Below are positions 11,261 to 24,172 of a stretch of DNA of 64,000 nucleotides, one piece after another (the first letter of the stretch is position 1; every line of letters begins with the position of its first letter). The DNA is taken from positions 58,900,001-58,964,000 of the forward strand of contig CM052822.1 of NCBI GenBank assembly GCA_028534125.1. The letters run 5' to 3'. A program made the translations under genes and the position numbers. The notes below the pieces were generated by a model that searched no databases, was not told the origin of the DNA, and was given only the letters and a program-made list of their open reading frames with translations. The DNA is from Lama glama. Taxonomy: Eukaryota.

Positions 11261-14200
11261 GCACATTTTCTTGATCTTACCATACGTGCTGTCATTTAGA
11301 ATGCAGCGCCCAACTTGACATTGAATGTAATATTACTGTGATATCTTGTGACATTGAATGCACTGTTACCAAGGTCTTACCTCTTCTGTTTCTCCAGGCT
11401 TCCCTCCATCCATTGCATCTGCCTATGCTCTTTTGTTGGCTGGGAATCAACCAGATGCTGCCTTTCTTTTGGGATGGCCAGAAGCAAAGCTTTACAGGGG
11501 GCAGTGGTAGTGGCTCTCTTGAGGAAATGAAGCGATGTGGGTGTGAGATTCTAGTGGTTGTTTTGGAGTTTGGATTTGTTTCTGGGCTCCACAGGTGACA
11601 CCAGTAGGAACACATCTAGGATGAGAGTTTGGCGAGAACGTGTGATTGGGGAGGTCAGACCTGTGGGACAGGTTTATGAGCAGGGGCATTTATGGACAAA
11701 TTAAACTTTAGCCCTGAGTAAGCAAAGTCCTAAGCCAGTTATTACTGCTCTGGCACTTCTAATGGGCCCTATGCAACCCTTATAAATTATTTAGCTGCTC
11801 TGCTAATAAAAGGCCAAGCAACATGCCTAGTCCTGGTGATACTTTAAGTAGAGCTCAGAGAGAACAGGTCAGAGGGACGCAATATTTGCTGATCTCCCAG
11901 GAACTCTCCTGTCTCATTTGGAGATGAAAGGGTTAAATGGACTATCTTGAATAGCAGCGTTTTGACAGATGATGCATAAAACTGATGTTGAAATGCTAAT
12001 ATTAGAGATTGGCGAAAGGGTTTCCTCTGAGGAGACGCCTGCTAAGGTTCCCTGGACTGTTGCATCTAATGCCCATTTCTCAGAGTGTTGTGGTAATCAT
12101 GAATCAGTGTCCCAGGATATCTAGCACTTAAGCATTTATTGAATTGTTACCATATTGCCCCATTTCCTGTCAGTGTATTTTTAGAATCAAGGCATTTGCC
12201 AAATTGCCTCTCACATCTGTAAACAGTATAAAATAATTGTTTCCCATCTCATACAGAATATACTTAAAAATACCCGTTCCCTGACAGCACCCGTGGCGCT
12301 GGCGGGCTTTGGAAGGTGGGCTGTGGCCTCTGAGCCTCCTCGCTTTTCAGGGGAACCTTCTGCTTTTAAGTGCGCTGTTCAGAGTCCAGGTCAAGTGCCA
12401 GGCCCCAGTGGGTCTTTTTGGTTTATAAGATGGGATTATAGTAACTTTGGGGGCTCTGGCAGCCCTAGATGTTTGGGAACCTGGAAGCAGCGCTTCCTTG
12501 AGAGTCTCCAGCCCTGCCTGGCAGCCCTGGGAACGCGCCCATCCCAGCATTTCAGCACGTTTGCCATCTGAGCTTTCATGCTACCCGGAGAAATGATAGA
12601 GGCTTTCTAATGTTGCTTCCTTTCCGATTTCAGTGAATCATGGAACCGATTAAAGCAAAGTGACTCATTCATATACACGTCCAAGCATGTTTGGGTTCTG
12701 TTTTTTTTAAAGGTGCTCTGAGAATCTCAGTGGTTTCTGGAGGAGCTCTCCATTTATCTGAACTCTAACCTGCTGGAAGCTGCAGGGCACCGGTGAGGAA
12801 GACTCTCGAGGCTGGTGCTTCCCAACAAGCTGTCTAACAAGCACAACAGCTCCTATTCAAGGACTTGACTGCCTGTCTCCCGATTCATGCCACAGAATTT
12901 TGAGAGACCCTTGTTTCTTTCTACTTTGCTCATTCTCATTATCCTGTTTGCTTTTCTGCATCCACTCCCCATATCACGTCTTGGCGAGTTTTCATGGAAA
13001 TGAAGACCATGTTGGTATTTGTGCTCACCCTCATTGACTGTCTCTTTCTGCTTCACTAGGCTCTGTGTTTTTATTCGCCGGTGAATGACCTTGATTTTAT
13101 AACAGCAAGAATTGTCACAATCTTGTTCCCACCGTTATTAGCTTTTGTACTTAGACGAGCATTTTGTCCCCATTGCTTTCCATGATCCTATAGAGGACTT
13201 CAAGAGATTGTCACCTTTTTGTTCAGCAGGAAATATTCAGCTTAGAAGAGTTGGAATAGGAAGCCTAACTTTATAGGGGAGTACAATAAGTGAAAGGTAT
13301 CTATAAAATTTTTAAAGGAACGTTGATCATAGAAAGTTCACTGGACAAGAAATGGGAAGACCTTGTTTCTCCTCCAGACCCCACTGCTGACTGCGTGGCC
13401 TGTAACAAGGCTCACACAGGTGCCTGTCCTCACTTCCCACTGGCTGTATGCTTATAGGCCCCACCCAACCATTGTTAACTCCAGGATGTGGTCCTAGCTT
13501 ATGTGGCCTTGGGTTATGTTAAATGACAGCTGACTTTCTTCTTAGCCCTGAAATGCCATGATTTTACGGACTCTTCCCTTACTCAGTAAACTGGGTTGAT
13601 TGGTTTTTCCCCTTGATGTAAGTGTAATCTGTAGGAGGAGGAGATGACAGCTCAGAAGACAACTGGTGTCTTCCCTCGGTTCATCAGATAAACACTCTCT
13701 AATTGGATGGCAGAGCTCAGTTTTAAAGTACCCTGAGCTTAAAGGTAAGCTAGCCAAGGGCTAATGCTAATCGATCCAGTTCTCAGAAGAGCAATTAGGG
13801 CCCTAATGAGATGTGGACTGTGTGTTTCTGGGTGGCTCCAAAGAAGTGGAGAAGCTGGGTTGAACTGTCTTCCCAGCTTCTGGGGGCTTATGTGGGGTGC
13901 ACCAGGTGTTTATGTAGGACCTGGGCCTCTCCATTACTCCGCTGTCTTAGGTTTCTGGTTCTCTCCGTGGTAGGATTACAGACTCCTTGTGCTAAGGATT
14001 GGCTTATCTCGGCCTTGTTTTTCTTCACGTGCCCACTTTTTAAAGCTACAGATTTAAACACAAACTGAGAAATACAGAAGTTTCAAAGTCTGGTAGAATG
14101 CTGATTCGCCCACTTCACACATGAGGTATATTAAGGGTTCACCTTTAGCAACAGCCCAATTAGCAGTTGCCGATGCTGCCTGTGTGCGACGCTGTGGATT

Positions 14201-15314
14201 GTTAGCGGTTGCTATGAGAACCTTCACTTTCCTGACTCATTTTACACTGAACAGTGCAAACAGGCAGAGATTGGAAGGGGAGGGATGATCAGACGGGGAG
14301 CCGGCCAGCAGATGAAACTCCGTTCTTGGTTGAATCCCTTTGAATGGTGAGTTCTCAGGACTCATTCAACATCTCCACCTCCTGCCCTCTTGGAGGTTTG
14401 TTTCCCCTAAATCTTTAAGAGGTAAAATAGTTTGACCTTTATTTGCATCAAGCTTCAAAGCAGTTCAAGTTCAATACTTAGCAGGAAGATTGCCTTTAAT
14501 GAGCCAAGTTTAGAGGAGGTGGATCTTAATCTCTTCATGTTTGGAAGGAGATGAGCACACACAGTGAGAAAGGAAGTTTGCAGCTTTAGCTATTGCATTT
14601 GAAATGCAACCAGTCTCCCAGCAGCATTTAAAAACAACAGTAACAACAACAAAACTGTGGGTTTCTTTTGCTGTTGTTGATTTGTTTTTTTGAGCATAAA
14701 ACCGTCTCGTCTATAGCATATGCCCGTTTGTAGAGTCTTGAATTTTAAAAAGCGAAACAAAAGCACCCCTGTACTCAGGTCACTCTGAAGTCCTCTTATC
14801 TTTATTTTGAACTTCATCTGAGAAGGAAATTCCTGTTCCAGACCAAGCTCCTTCCCCTTCCTCCGAGCTCCCTCCCTGCTCAAGATTCAGCCCCAGCCCA
14901 GGGTGAAGCAGTGAAGCGGTGGTGAAGTGGTGAAGCGTGGGTTAGATTCTCTAAAGAAAGAAGAGGTGCTTCCCTCAGCCTTTGTCAGCGCTAATCGCCA
15001 GCTGTGTTTAGCACTCTCTCATTTTGTTTTTTTCTCTCCCTTGTTGTTTGGTGGGCCTGGGTTTATGCTGAATTTGAAGATAAAGGGCTCTTCAGTCCCT
15101 CCCCTTCCCTCTCAGCCCCCCTCCTCTCACTGCACCTGGAAGAAATTCTTGGTTTGCAATTTGGAGCAGAAACATTATAGGACCTGGAGTCACCAGGACC
15201 AGGGTGTGAACTGACCGGCACTGACTGCTTGTTGCTGTGGGTGGTGGTGTCTCCTGAGATCACAGGAGGGCTCCCTGGCTCTTCTGAAAGCTCCTCACTT
15301 CCGATGAGTTCTAG

Positions 15315-15430
15315 CATCGTGCTTCTCAGACTGGTTCATGGGCCTCGAGTAGAGTCAGAGATCTTGCGTTTCTAACAAGTTTCCAGGTGATGCCAGTGCT
15401 GCCCGTTCATAGCCCAGTCTCGACTGGAAA
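15315..15430. mobile_element. MER5A-like hAT-Charlie MITE fragment
   Basis: atcttgcgtttctaacaagtttccaggtgatgccagtgctgc resembles MER5A ATCTGCATTTTAACAAG..CCCAGGTGAT..GATGCTGC. Confidence 0.6.
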
Positions 15431-16544
15431 TGATCTAGGCCACCTTCCTTTTTTTTTTTTTTTTCCTCCTAGACTTGGGAATTATGAAGTCTCCATTGCA
15501 CACAAAGCCTCAGTGGCTAGAGGACAGGTTTGGGGACTGGTCCCCATCTTGTCTGCATTCCCCCCCACTTGCTAGAAATGTGAAACTCGGAGTTTCCCCC
15601 ATTTAAAAAAAAATGGGAATGAAATGGTGTTCCTCTGTGACCAGTAAATCATTCCCATGAAGTGCTGCTCATCCAGTAACAAGAAAACCCAAGTGGCCAT
15701 TTTGAGCCCAGACCTGATACATGATTTGAGTTCCATTCACATAAATGCCACCATCCAGGGAGGCCTCAGCCTTAGGGGATTTTAGGGCAGCGCCTTCTTT
15801 CCCATTCATGGAACTGGGACTGTCCTCTCACTGTGACATTCCCTTCCTCCTGCTCACGTTAGCTCTTGCTTGTTGAGGGGTGTGGAGCATCCCTGGCTGG
15901 TCTGTCCATGTGGCTGCATCTTCTGGAGCTGGGCTGAATATTTGGGCTGGATATTTTCTACCTTGATGCCTATATTTAGCCCCCTGTGTGGTACAGTAGA
16001 GTGGGGCAATTAGCCTCAGGGAAGGGTCCGCACACAATGTGTTCCGTAGCAATGGAAGTTGCCAGTTAAATCTCAGATGTGTATTCTCTTCCAGACCCTT
16101 AACATAGACACTGTGTGTGGGAAGGAGTTTGGGAGTGAAGCTAATTTGTTGGGGTCAGAGTGTGATGGTTAAAAGTGGACAGTGGAAATGTGGGGCTGAC
16201 TTGGTTGAAGAGTGAGCCCACGTTCACGGGACCTTTCACCGGCCCTGGTCCCTCCTTAGTGGTGAGTGTGGGTGAGTGTGCCTCAGGTTTTGTCTTTTAT
16301 TACTGAAAAAACAAAGGCATGGAGTTCTTTGATTCTTACTTGGCCTTCTTTCAGCCCGTGTGTTGGAAAATCCACATTTGCCACATCGAAGCAGCCGGCT
16401 TCTATTCATCCATCTCTTCTCTTTTCCCCAGAGAACTTTGCTGACTCTGGAGTAGAGTAAGCCCTTCCCCTTTATTATGTGTTCCCAGAGTTGCCGAGAG
16501 TTCCCTGCCTTATGCTCCCCTGAAGTCCTTAATGAATATAGACC

Positions 16545-16620
16545 TTCTCCCCTATTGTACCCCACCCAGTGCCTAACAGTCCCTGGCACGTGGTAGGCAC
16601 TCAAAAAACATCTGTGGACC
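16545..16620 (+). mobile_element. L2 3' end fragment
   Basis: cccagtgcctaacagtccctggcacgtggtaggcactcaaaaaacatctgtgga. Confidence 0.65.
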
Positions 16621-19600
16621 AGGTGGAAATTCTGTTTACTTTGGGAGCCGTGCATTCTTTGGTGGAAAATAGCGCTAACAGTCTAACATACAAGTTCACC
16701 GTATGGCACCCTTTGATCTTCGTTTCTCTTTGCACTCACCTCTAAGATACACGTGGATTTTTGTTCTGTGGTTGTATTCATGGCACAACACGCCTCTGTA
16801 AGATTCTCTTGAGACTCTTCTACCTCCAGGAACCAAGACTGTGTATAAATAGAGATCATCACTGGTTTCCAAGGGGCAGGCAACAGCCACAGAAGGTGCA
16901 AATTGGTGGAACAAGCTCGGGGAACCGGAGAAAGCCAACTTGACTGAGAAACTATTAGCTCTAGGCTGAAAATTAAGAACTCGCAGTTTTCCTGTATCTT
17001 TTCAGACCCATGGCCTTCACAGCCTCTGGAGATTCTGAAGCAGATCCATCAGCCACCGAGGAAAGCAGCCCTGTTAGATTTTATGGCTGTTTGCCTTCGC
17101 TTTGCATGCTAGTAACTCATCTTTGACATGACAGGATACAGCAATCCAGATTTTTTCCTGAGGTTGATTATCAAAATTGAGAGTGTTAGATACCCAATAT
17201 TTTGAGGCCCATAATTAACTAGAACATTTTTATTTATGTAGATGCTTGTAAAACATCTTTATCCCTGTATCTTGACCTTTTTTCCTCATATGGGTAATGA
17301 TCTCACAGATAAGAAAATCCTGCAGTTGAAAAAGAAGGCATCTGTGATGAGGTATTTGACCCACTCTGGCATTTCCTCACCCACCGGCCTCTGAGGTCTG
17401 CTCATGGGAGCAGAGGGCCATGTGCTGAGAATGTTCCCTCCCATTGAACTTTTCCTCCTTCGTCTTGACTTCCCACACACAGTTCTCATCCATGATTCCT
17501 ATTCCAGTGTTTTACAGTTTTGATTCCATTTCCTCTTTACTTATCCGAGATACTTCTGTGTTTCCTAATTTTTTTCTCTCTCTCCCTCTTCCCGCTAATA
17601 GGAAAGGAAGGCGGGCTGGGAGTTTCTTTCTGGGGGGCTGACGAACCAGCGTCTGTGCTCATTGCATTCACGGGGATTACTCATTTAACCTCTCTTAACT
17701 CTGTCTGCCTGTGATTTAATTTTGCTGTCATAATGTTCGTTTGGGGGACAGTAAAAGAAATACCAAGGAGAAGTCCTAAATGCTTCAAACGAAATGAAAT
17801 ATTTTCCTCATCCTGTCGGTGAATTCTTTTTACTTAGCTTTGAAGCTATTGGAAAACAAATCTGGTTAATTTTCATTTATTCAGAGGCTGCTTATTCTGT
17901 TGGGCAATTATCACTTCCGTCTCTGCTCTCTCTTGCTGCTGCTCTCATCTTAGCCTTTTCACCATTCCTCCTCCACCGAAGAGATGGAGAGGGGAGAGGA
18001 AGGAACGTTTAAATAGTAAGTGTTGATACCCCCTTTTTAATTAGATTATTGTGAGGCAGTTACGGAAAAACTTGACAGCAGTGACGTTTGGGAAATGGGA
18101 TTGACTTTTAGAAATACACTGTCTTATAAGTACCTCTCAGTATTGTGGGCAGAGATGAATTGGCTGATTGATGGAGATGAGAAAGTATGGAGGGCAGCTA
18201 GGTGAGTGCCTCTCGATGGAGTGAGTCTGGCACAACCTGCCTTCCCTCCTCTCCCTTTGGCAAACATTTATTGAACTGTGTTCTGGGGACACAGCAGTGA
18301 ACAAGACTATAGCCCCCCTTCACGGCATGGGTTTTTGCCTGGAGTTGCCGTGAAGATGTTACTCATGGAAATATGAATCTTCACTCCCTGCTAGATGCAG
18401 ACCATCAGCCTCATGAGAGCCAGGAGCCTTTGTCATCTGAAATGGTCAGTCCTTCCCTCGATTCTGCTTGATTTCTTCTCCATGATGAAGCAGTGGCTCC
18501 GGGGAGAGTCATCTCATCCTTCCGTCGCTTATGTCTTCAGCTTTGTCTCTCTTCCCCTGGAAACTCAGTCTCCAGCCATGTGACCACTCTCCAAGAGCTT
18601 TGTATTTGTGTTGGCAGAAGTTAGGATCTGGAAAGCAATACTTTTTATGGATTAATTGCCGAAGTAATTATATTGTAAAATAATACACATGATTGATACT
18701 TAATATATCCCTCTCCGGGGAGCTGGAGAGCTTCATTGATTTGGAGAGATGAGCCAGTTGCTTGTTTAGGAGCAGAGCTTTGTATGAAAAGCCAAATTGA
18801 TGGCCTGGGCTTAAGGCAGGAGTAGGTGATGGGAGGTGGTTAAAGGCTAACCACCGTAATCATAAAGAGTGCTGCACCGAGAAGGCGCCTACTGGGTACA
18901 CCCAAGACGTCTCTAAATCTCTAGGGAATGACGGGCAGCAGAGTCAGAGAAGAGGCATCATGGTCTCCTGTTCAGACTCTCGGCTTGATCAGAACGAGCC
19001 TCCCTGTACCTGCAGTGGGCTCGTGCAGGTGGAGGATCTCTGACCCTGCCTCCACAGCTGGCACTGGTGTGAAGGACACTGGCCCCAGAGCCGCCGCTCC
19101 GCTCAGTAGAGCCTCTCCCTGTGGGCAACATCCACGTAACGAGCATGCATTGTTTACTTTGGTAGTCCCTGAGTTTGCATAATGTGCCTGTTTACCACCT
19201 CCTAAAAGCACTTTTCAGCACCTGAGCGAGTAAGGAAGCCCACTAAACCCTGGGCACAGTGGGCTCTTGAAGGCTGTTCCTGCCGCTGCATGTTTATGGA
19301 CAGAGGCTGGAGTTACGACATTTATCTCTGTTGGTTAGGGCCCTGATATATATCTGCCTGTGTCTCCCAGGGAGAGCGGCACCTTATCTCGAGAGCAAGC
19401 GGAGAGAGCACTCCCATCACTCATCCTGCCCCAGTGCGGGGCTCTGTCCCCATCCCAGTCCCTGGGAAGCCACTTCACTCCCTGAGGAGGGTGGCACGTG
19501 GTTATACAGACGAGGGAGACTTGGATGGAAATCATCTGGGACTTAAAACAGGAGAAAGGGAAATGCAGGTCCTGATAGCCCTCCTCAAGGAAGCGTCTTC

Positions 19601-20189
19601 TGACCGCCTTCCTGGCATCCCCTCCCTTTCTCTCTCCTTTTTTTTTCCTTAAAACTGTATAGACTCTTTTTTAAAACAGGGTTGGGTGGTTTCTTTATCT
19701 GGTTTTGTTTGTTTGTTTGTTTCAAAGAAATAACATGGCTGTTGATGATTATGTGAAAATAGAAACATTGAAACATGGGTAATCGCTTTAATCGTCCAAA
19801 CGTGGCCAGCATTTGCGCCTGACTCCTCTGCTGTTGTGTTCTTACCTCGTCCCTGCCCACTCAGAGAGCCAGGAGAGACCTGGTTTGATCTCCATGTCTT
19901 ATGCAAGGGCCCTCACTAACTTGGATTAACTTGTCTGTTTCTCTGTCCTTAAAATATAGGACTGGTAAATTTAATGGCGATTAAAATAGAAAAGTGAGTG
20001 GAGAGAGAGCTGGACAAAAGACAAGCCAAGTTCTGCTGTTATATTGTCCTTGGTACTGGCCCTTGGGAATCTGTGATTGAGCAGAAATTTAGGACTCTTT
20101 TTGAGCTTCTGAGACCAGCCTTTTGGGGACCAACACCCATCCCATTTCTTGGGTGCATTATCAGGAATCTGCACAGTTTGTAGAATCTG

Positions 20190-20745
20190 TTCATTCTAAT
20201 CTTCCTTCCCAGACAGGATTCCAGTCTCCTAATGAATCTTCCTGCTTGTGTGCTCATGATCCTTCTGGTCTCTCCGCCTTATAAGAGTCCTTTCTAAAAT
20301 GCATTTCTGCTCATGGCATTTCCTCTGCTTATAACTTTTCAGTGGTTCTTTTGCCTTCAGAGTAAGGCATTTAAGATTCTTCATGATCTGAGCCTTCTTC
20401 ATCTTTATATCTTTGTTTCACTGCACCCCCACCAAGCCCTCTTCCTGATCAGAGGCATTTGAAATGTCCAGAACCAGCCATGCTGGCCTGAGGGATTTTT
20501 ACACATTGTGCTCTCCCAGCTTGGAGTACCTGGCCCCTTCTCTCCTTTCCTCGTCACCCCTTCACCCCAAGAAGCCCAGCTTAGGTATGTACTCTCAAGG
20601 AAACCTCAGTGTAGCATCCAGATTATCTGTGTAGACATGTCTGTCTTTTCCACTAGCCTGTGTATTCCTTACTCTTCTCTGGGTGCCCAGTCTTCAGCGC
20701 AGTGCTGGGGATGGAGCAGGTACGTGGTCTGTGCATGCTGAATGA
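20190..20745 (+). mobile_element. L2 LINE 3' region
   Basis: CT-rich; tttctaaaatgcatttctgctcatggcatttcctctgcttataacttttcagtggttc... ending tgctgaatgag. Confidence 0.65.
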
Positions 20746-21189
20746 GCAGAGCAGTGTACAAAATTTTCACAGGGTAATCTGCGAGGTCTCTTTTCCCATC
20801 TCCTTCCTCCATGACTGAGGGCTTCCTGCAATGCTGAGCCCAGGTGGCACCCATCAGAGTGTCAAGTCCATTTGGAGAAGATGGTGTGCTTGCTAAATTG
20901 GACGAAAATTTTCAAGGTAGCATAGTGAGGACGTGGTTATAGAAGGTGGAAGTTTGTGTGAGAAAGAGTGACCAGGAGGAGCCCCGTGGAGGGCCTGGAG
21001 CATCAGCCGAGTCCAGGGGGATGTGTCCTGGTGTGCCAGTGACCATGACTGGCCTGCTGCTGAGTTCTGATGATGGGAACAAACCATGACTTGGGACAGG
21101 TCACCTCCTCATCCCCGGCCTGAGCGCTCCACTCCACACGCTTTGATGGTGCGTGTGTGTGTGTCTGTGCACGTGTGTGTGCTTTGGGG

Positions 21190-21390
21190 GCAACTTCTCC
21201 CTGGCACTTTCTCCCTTACTTTGGTTATTTTACCACGTATCACTCGTCACCTCCTGTCACACTATACACTTTACTTGTTTAATATCTTTTCCCTCTACTT
21301 ATAATGTAAGGTCCATGAAGGTGGGGATTTCTTTCTGCTTCATGTGCTGTGATAGAGGGAAACGTAGCACCTGGAATATTGCTGAGTTCA
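21190..21390 (+). mobile_element. L2 3' end
   Basis: aatgtaaggtccatgaaggtggggatttctttctgcttcatgtgctg. Confidence 0.6.
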
Positions 21391-22349
21391 TAGTGGGCCT
21401 TAAATCAATAAGGACCATTTCCCTGAACAAGGAAACTCTACATGAGAGGCCATATAGAAACCTAGCATTTACCAGTCTATTCATTGTTGAGCAGCCAGGG
21501 GAACTGGAAATACGTCATTAAAATGCATGATCCTATAGTTCTACCCCCAGCTCCCCTAAAAGTAAGTCCAGGTATAGTTTTTCATCAAAGGTATCTTAAC
21601 CACGTTGTCCCTGCTGCTTCTGAGCCAATGGAATGGAGAGGTGACAGTGTAGGACCACACTAGCATCGTGTCTGGGCCCAGTGGTAATACACTGTCCTCT
21701 CCTGCTGAGGTTCTCAGCATCCTGGTGGAGCCTTGTCCTGGTGGAGCCCCAGCCTTGAGGCACTGGTCCTGCGTAGGTGGCAGCCGATGAGACGGCCATT
21801 TCATTGTGAAAATGCCGTTGACAAATTGAAACTCGTTCCCTCATCTTGTCCTGATGCCACAGCTGCCATCTCGATTTAAAACCGGGACTGAGAATATGAC
21901 CTCCTAAGTGTCTGCATCTGACCATCCTGTTCCATGGAAGGCTGTTGTATCTGTTCCACTTGGCCTGTACCTTTTAAACAGCAGCAAGATCATGGGCTTG
22001 TCCTTGCCCGTCTTGGTGGTGTAGTTAGAGGATCATCCAGAAAAGGATTGCTCAGGATTCTTACTAAGAACTGTGTGATGAGAGGATGGCTGCAGTTAAT
22101 TGGGTTGTGATCAGCAAGTGTTCGGCTGCTTCTGCAGCTCGTGCAGGCATCTGTGTTAAAGGCTGGGGGGTGGACAGGAGGGTACACGGTGAACCGAGAG
22201 ACCCCAGAATCTGCTGAAAGGCCAGTAGTGTGAGGCCAGTCCAGTCCAGATCAAAGGTTCAGATTGCCTTTTAGAAGTTTCCTCCCTATCAAATCACACT
22301 GGTCTTTGCTGCGCAGGGGTTGAGGTCAAAAAGGATTCTGAATTACGGT

Positions 22350-22530
22350 AGTAGGCACTTAACTGTGTACCAACACTGGTAGGTGCTTATTAAATAGTAA
22401 ATTATCTGATTTAACATGAATAATAACCCTATAATGCATTTTAGCTTTTCACCCTATTTCTCAGATGAGGATACTGATACCAGTTGGCTGTGTAAATTGC
22501 ACACCTGGAATTAATCAGGGCATGGCAGCA
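22350..22530 (-). mobile_element. MIR SINE
   Basis: attatctgatttaacatgaataataaccctat...ccctatttctcagatgaggatactga. Confidence 0.6.
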
Positions 22531-24019
22531 TGGCCATGTGTGGTGGCTCTGAGAAGAAGAAATAGGACAGGACTAACCCTGAAGCCCTTTACTCCTCAAG
22601 TGTCAGGGTTGGTGGGCATGGTAACAATCCCGTCAGCCTGGGGTTCCAGTTTCCCATAGAGATTCAAGTCTGTGTGAAGCCCCTGGATAAATGTAACTCA
22701 TTGTCTTAGACTGGCTACTCTACCTCGTTTTCTCCATCCGTAAGTATCCAGAGTGCCTTCTCCTGTTCTCCGGACCTCTGTCTGCTCTGCTGTGAAAGAG
22801 GCAAGCAGGGCTTCTGGCCACCACAGTCGCCCCTCCCACCTTCCCCTAGCCTGTCCCAAATGCATTAGGCTCAGCATCCCAGAGGCAGCATGCAGGGGTA
22901 CAGACTGGAACTTCTTGGCTACCTGGATGCTCTGCACACGCAGGGAATCAGACCAGAGGTGTGAGTTGAGGGTACAGGGATGGTGACAGTGTGCAGCACA
23001 CACTGGCGTGTTTGCTGATTACCATCTTACTACAGTTCTACGGCAGTGTTAAATGAGCCAATTAATAAAAATGAATGTACCGTTGGAAGCTACATTTGTG
23101 TGGGGCTCTCTGTTGTTGTTGTTGTTGTTAAACTGGCTAATTTAACACCATCCTAGAATGGTAGTGATTGTAACAGCAGCTGCCCACAAGTTCAGGAGGA
23201 GGTGGGGGCGATTCCCTCCAGAGCTTCCCCAGACATTGCTGGTTGCCCTGTCCTGGTTCTGTGAGGAAATGGGATGAACAGTACCTAGACAGGGGCAGGC
23301 AGTGGCCCTGGGGACTCTGCTTCATGGTCATGGGGATACCACTGAGTTGTTTGTCCCTAGCAGACAAAGTTGCAGTCATTTTTATGTACACATTTCTACA
23401 CAGGTAGCTGTCTGTGTATTTATACATTCCCGGTTGCCATTCTAACAGTGGCTTTGCATTTCACTCAGAGTAAAAGCTGGAGTTCTTACTGTGGCCTTCG
23501 AGTGTGTCCTGTCCACCCCTCCACAACGTATGTATTGCTAATGTGTGCCGCTATGCTTGGCATATAGTAAGTGCTTGGTAAATACTTGCTGATGGATGCA
23601 TTCCAGCCAATAGCCACAGTGTTGGCCTGTGATGTGGAGATCTACAAAGGTGTGTTGGCAGCCATGTTGTGAGTGTAGATTTTCATTTTATCTCAGTACT
23701 TGGCAGACATCAGCCAACAGAGGAGTTTGTTCATGTTCTTCCTCGAGTTTCTTCCCCCCCCCCCAGTCTGCTATCTGCTCCCACTCAGGTGGAGAGGGAA
23801 GTAGAAAGCGATCTGCCCCTCTGGCTGCCTCGCGTTTGTCCTCTGGGACTGCCTGGGTGGGAAGAGAAGGGCCAATAGGCCTTTGCTTCTGTGGCTTCCT
23901 CCTTTTCCAGTCCCACATGACAGGATCTGTGCCAATACCATGATTGTTGGCAGACGCACCCTGTTTTTCACCACTTTCTAGAATGGATCCTCATATACCC
24001 TCAGGGCGTAGGCTCTTTG

Positions 24020-24172
24020 TGAGACCCGTGGTGTGGGGCTGCCCAGGTGAGCATCACTAAGTACCATGAGCCACTCCCCTCCTTCCAGCCATTGCAATAA
24101 CCAAAAATGTTCCCCGCCTATTTTCAAACTCCCTTTGGGGGTTGATACTGCTCCTGATTACAACCACTAATC
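24020..24172. mobile_element. MER20-related hAT-Charlie MITE fragment
   Basis: cattgcaataaccaaaaatgttcccc...ttttcaaactccctttgggg...tgattacaaccacta; subfamily uncertain. Confidence 0.5.

Noticed and set aside
14902-14940. Degenerate GTGAAG tandem (similar micro-duplications at 3481, 11316 and 21720)
   Set aside because: Ordinary slippage products; not CRISPR-like or structured.
16985-17130. Strong-looking acceptor ttttcctgtatcttttcAG followed by an ATG
   Set aside because: No convincing donor nearby, stops in all frames, no recognisable peptide.
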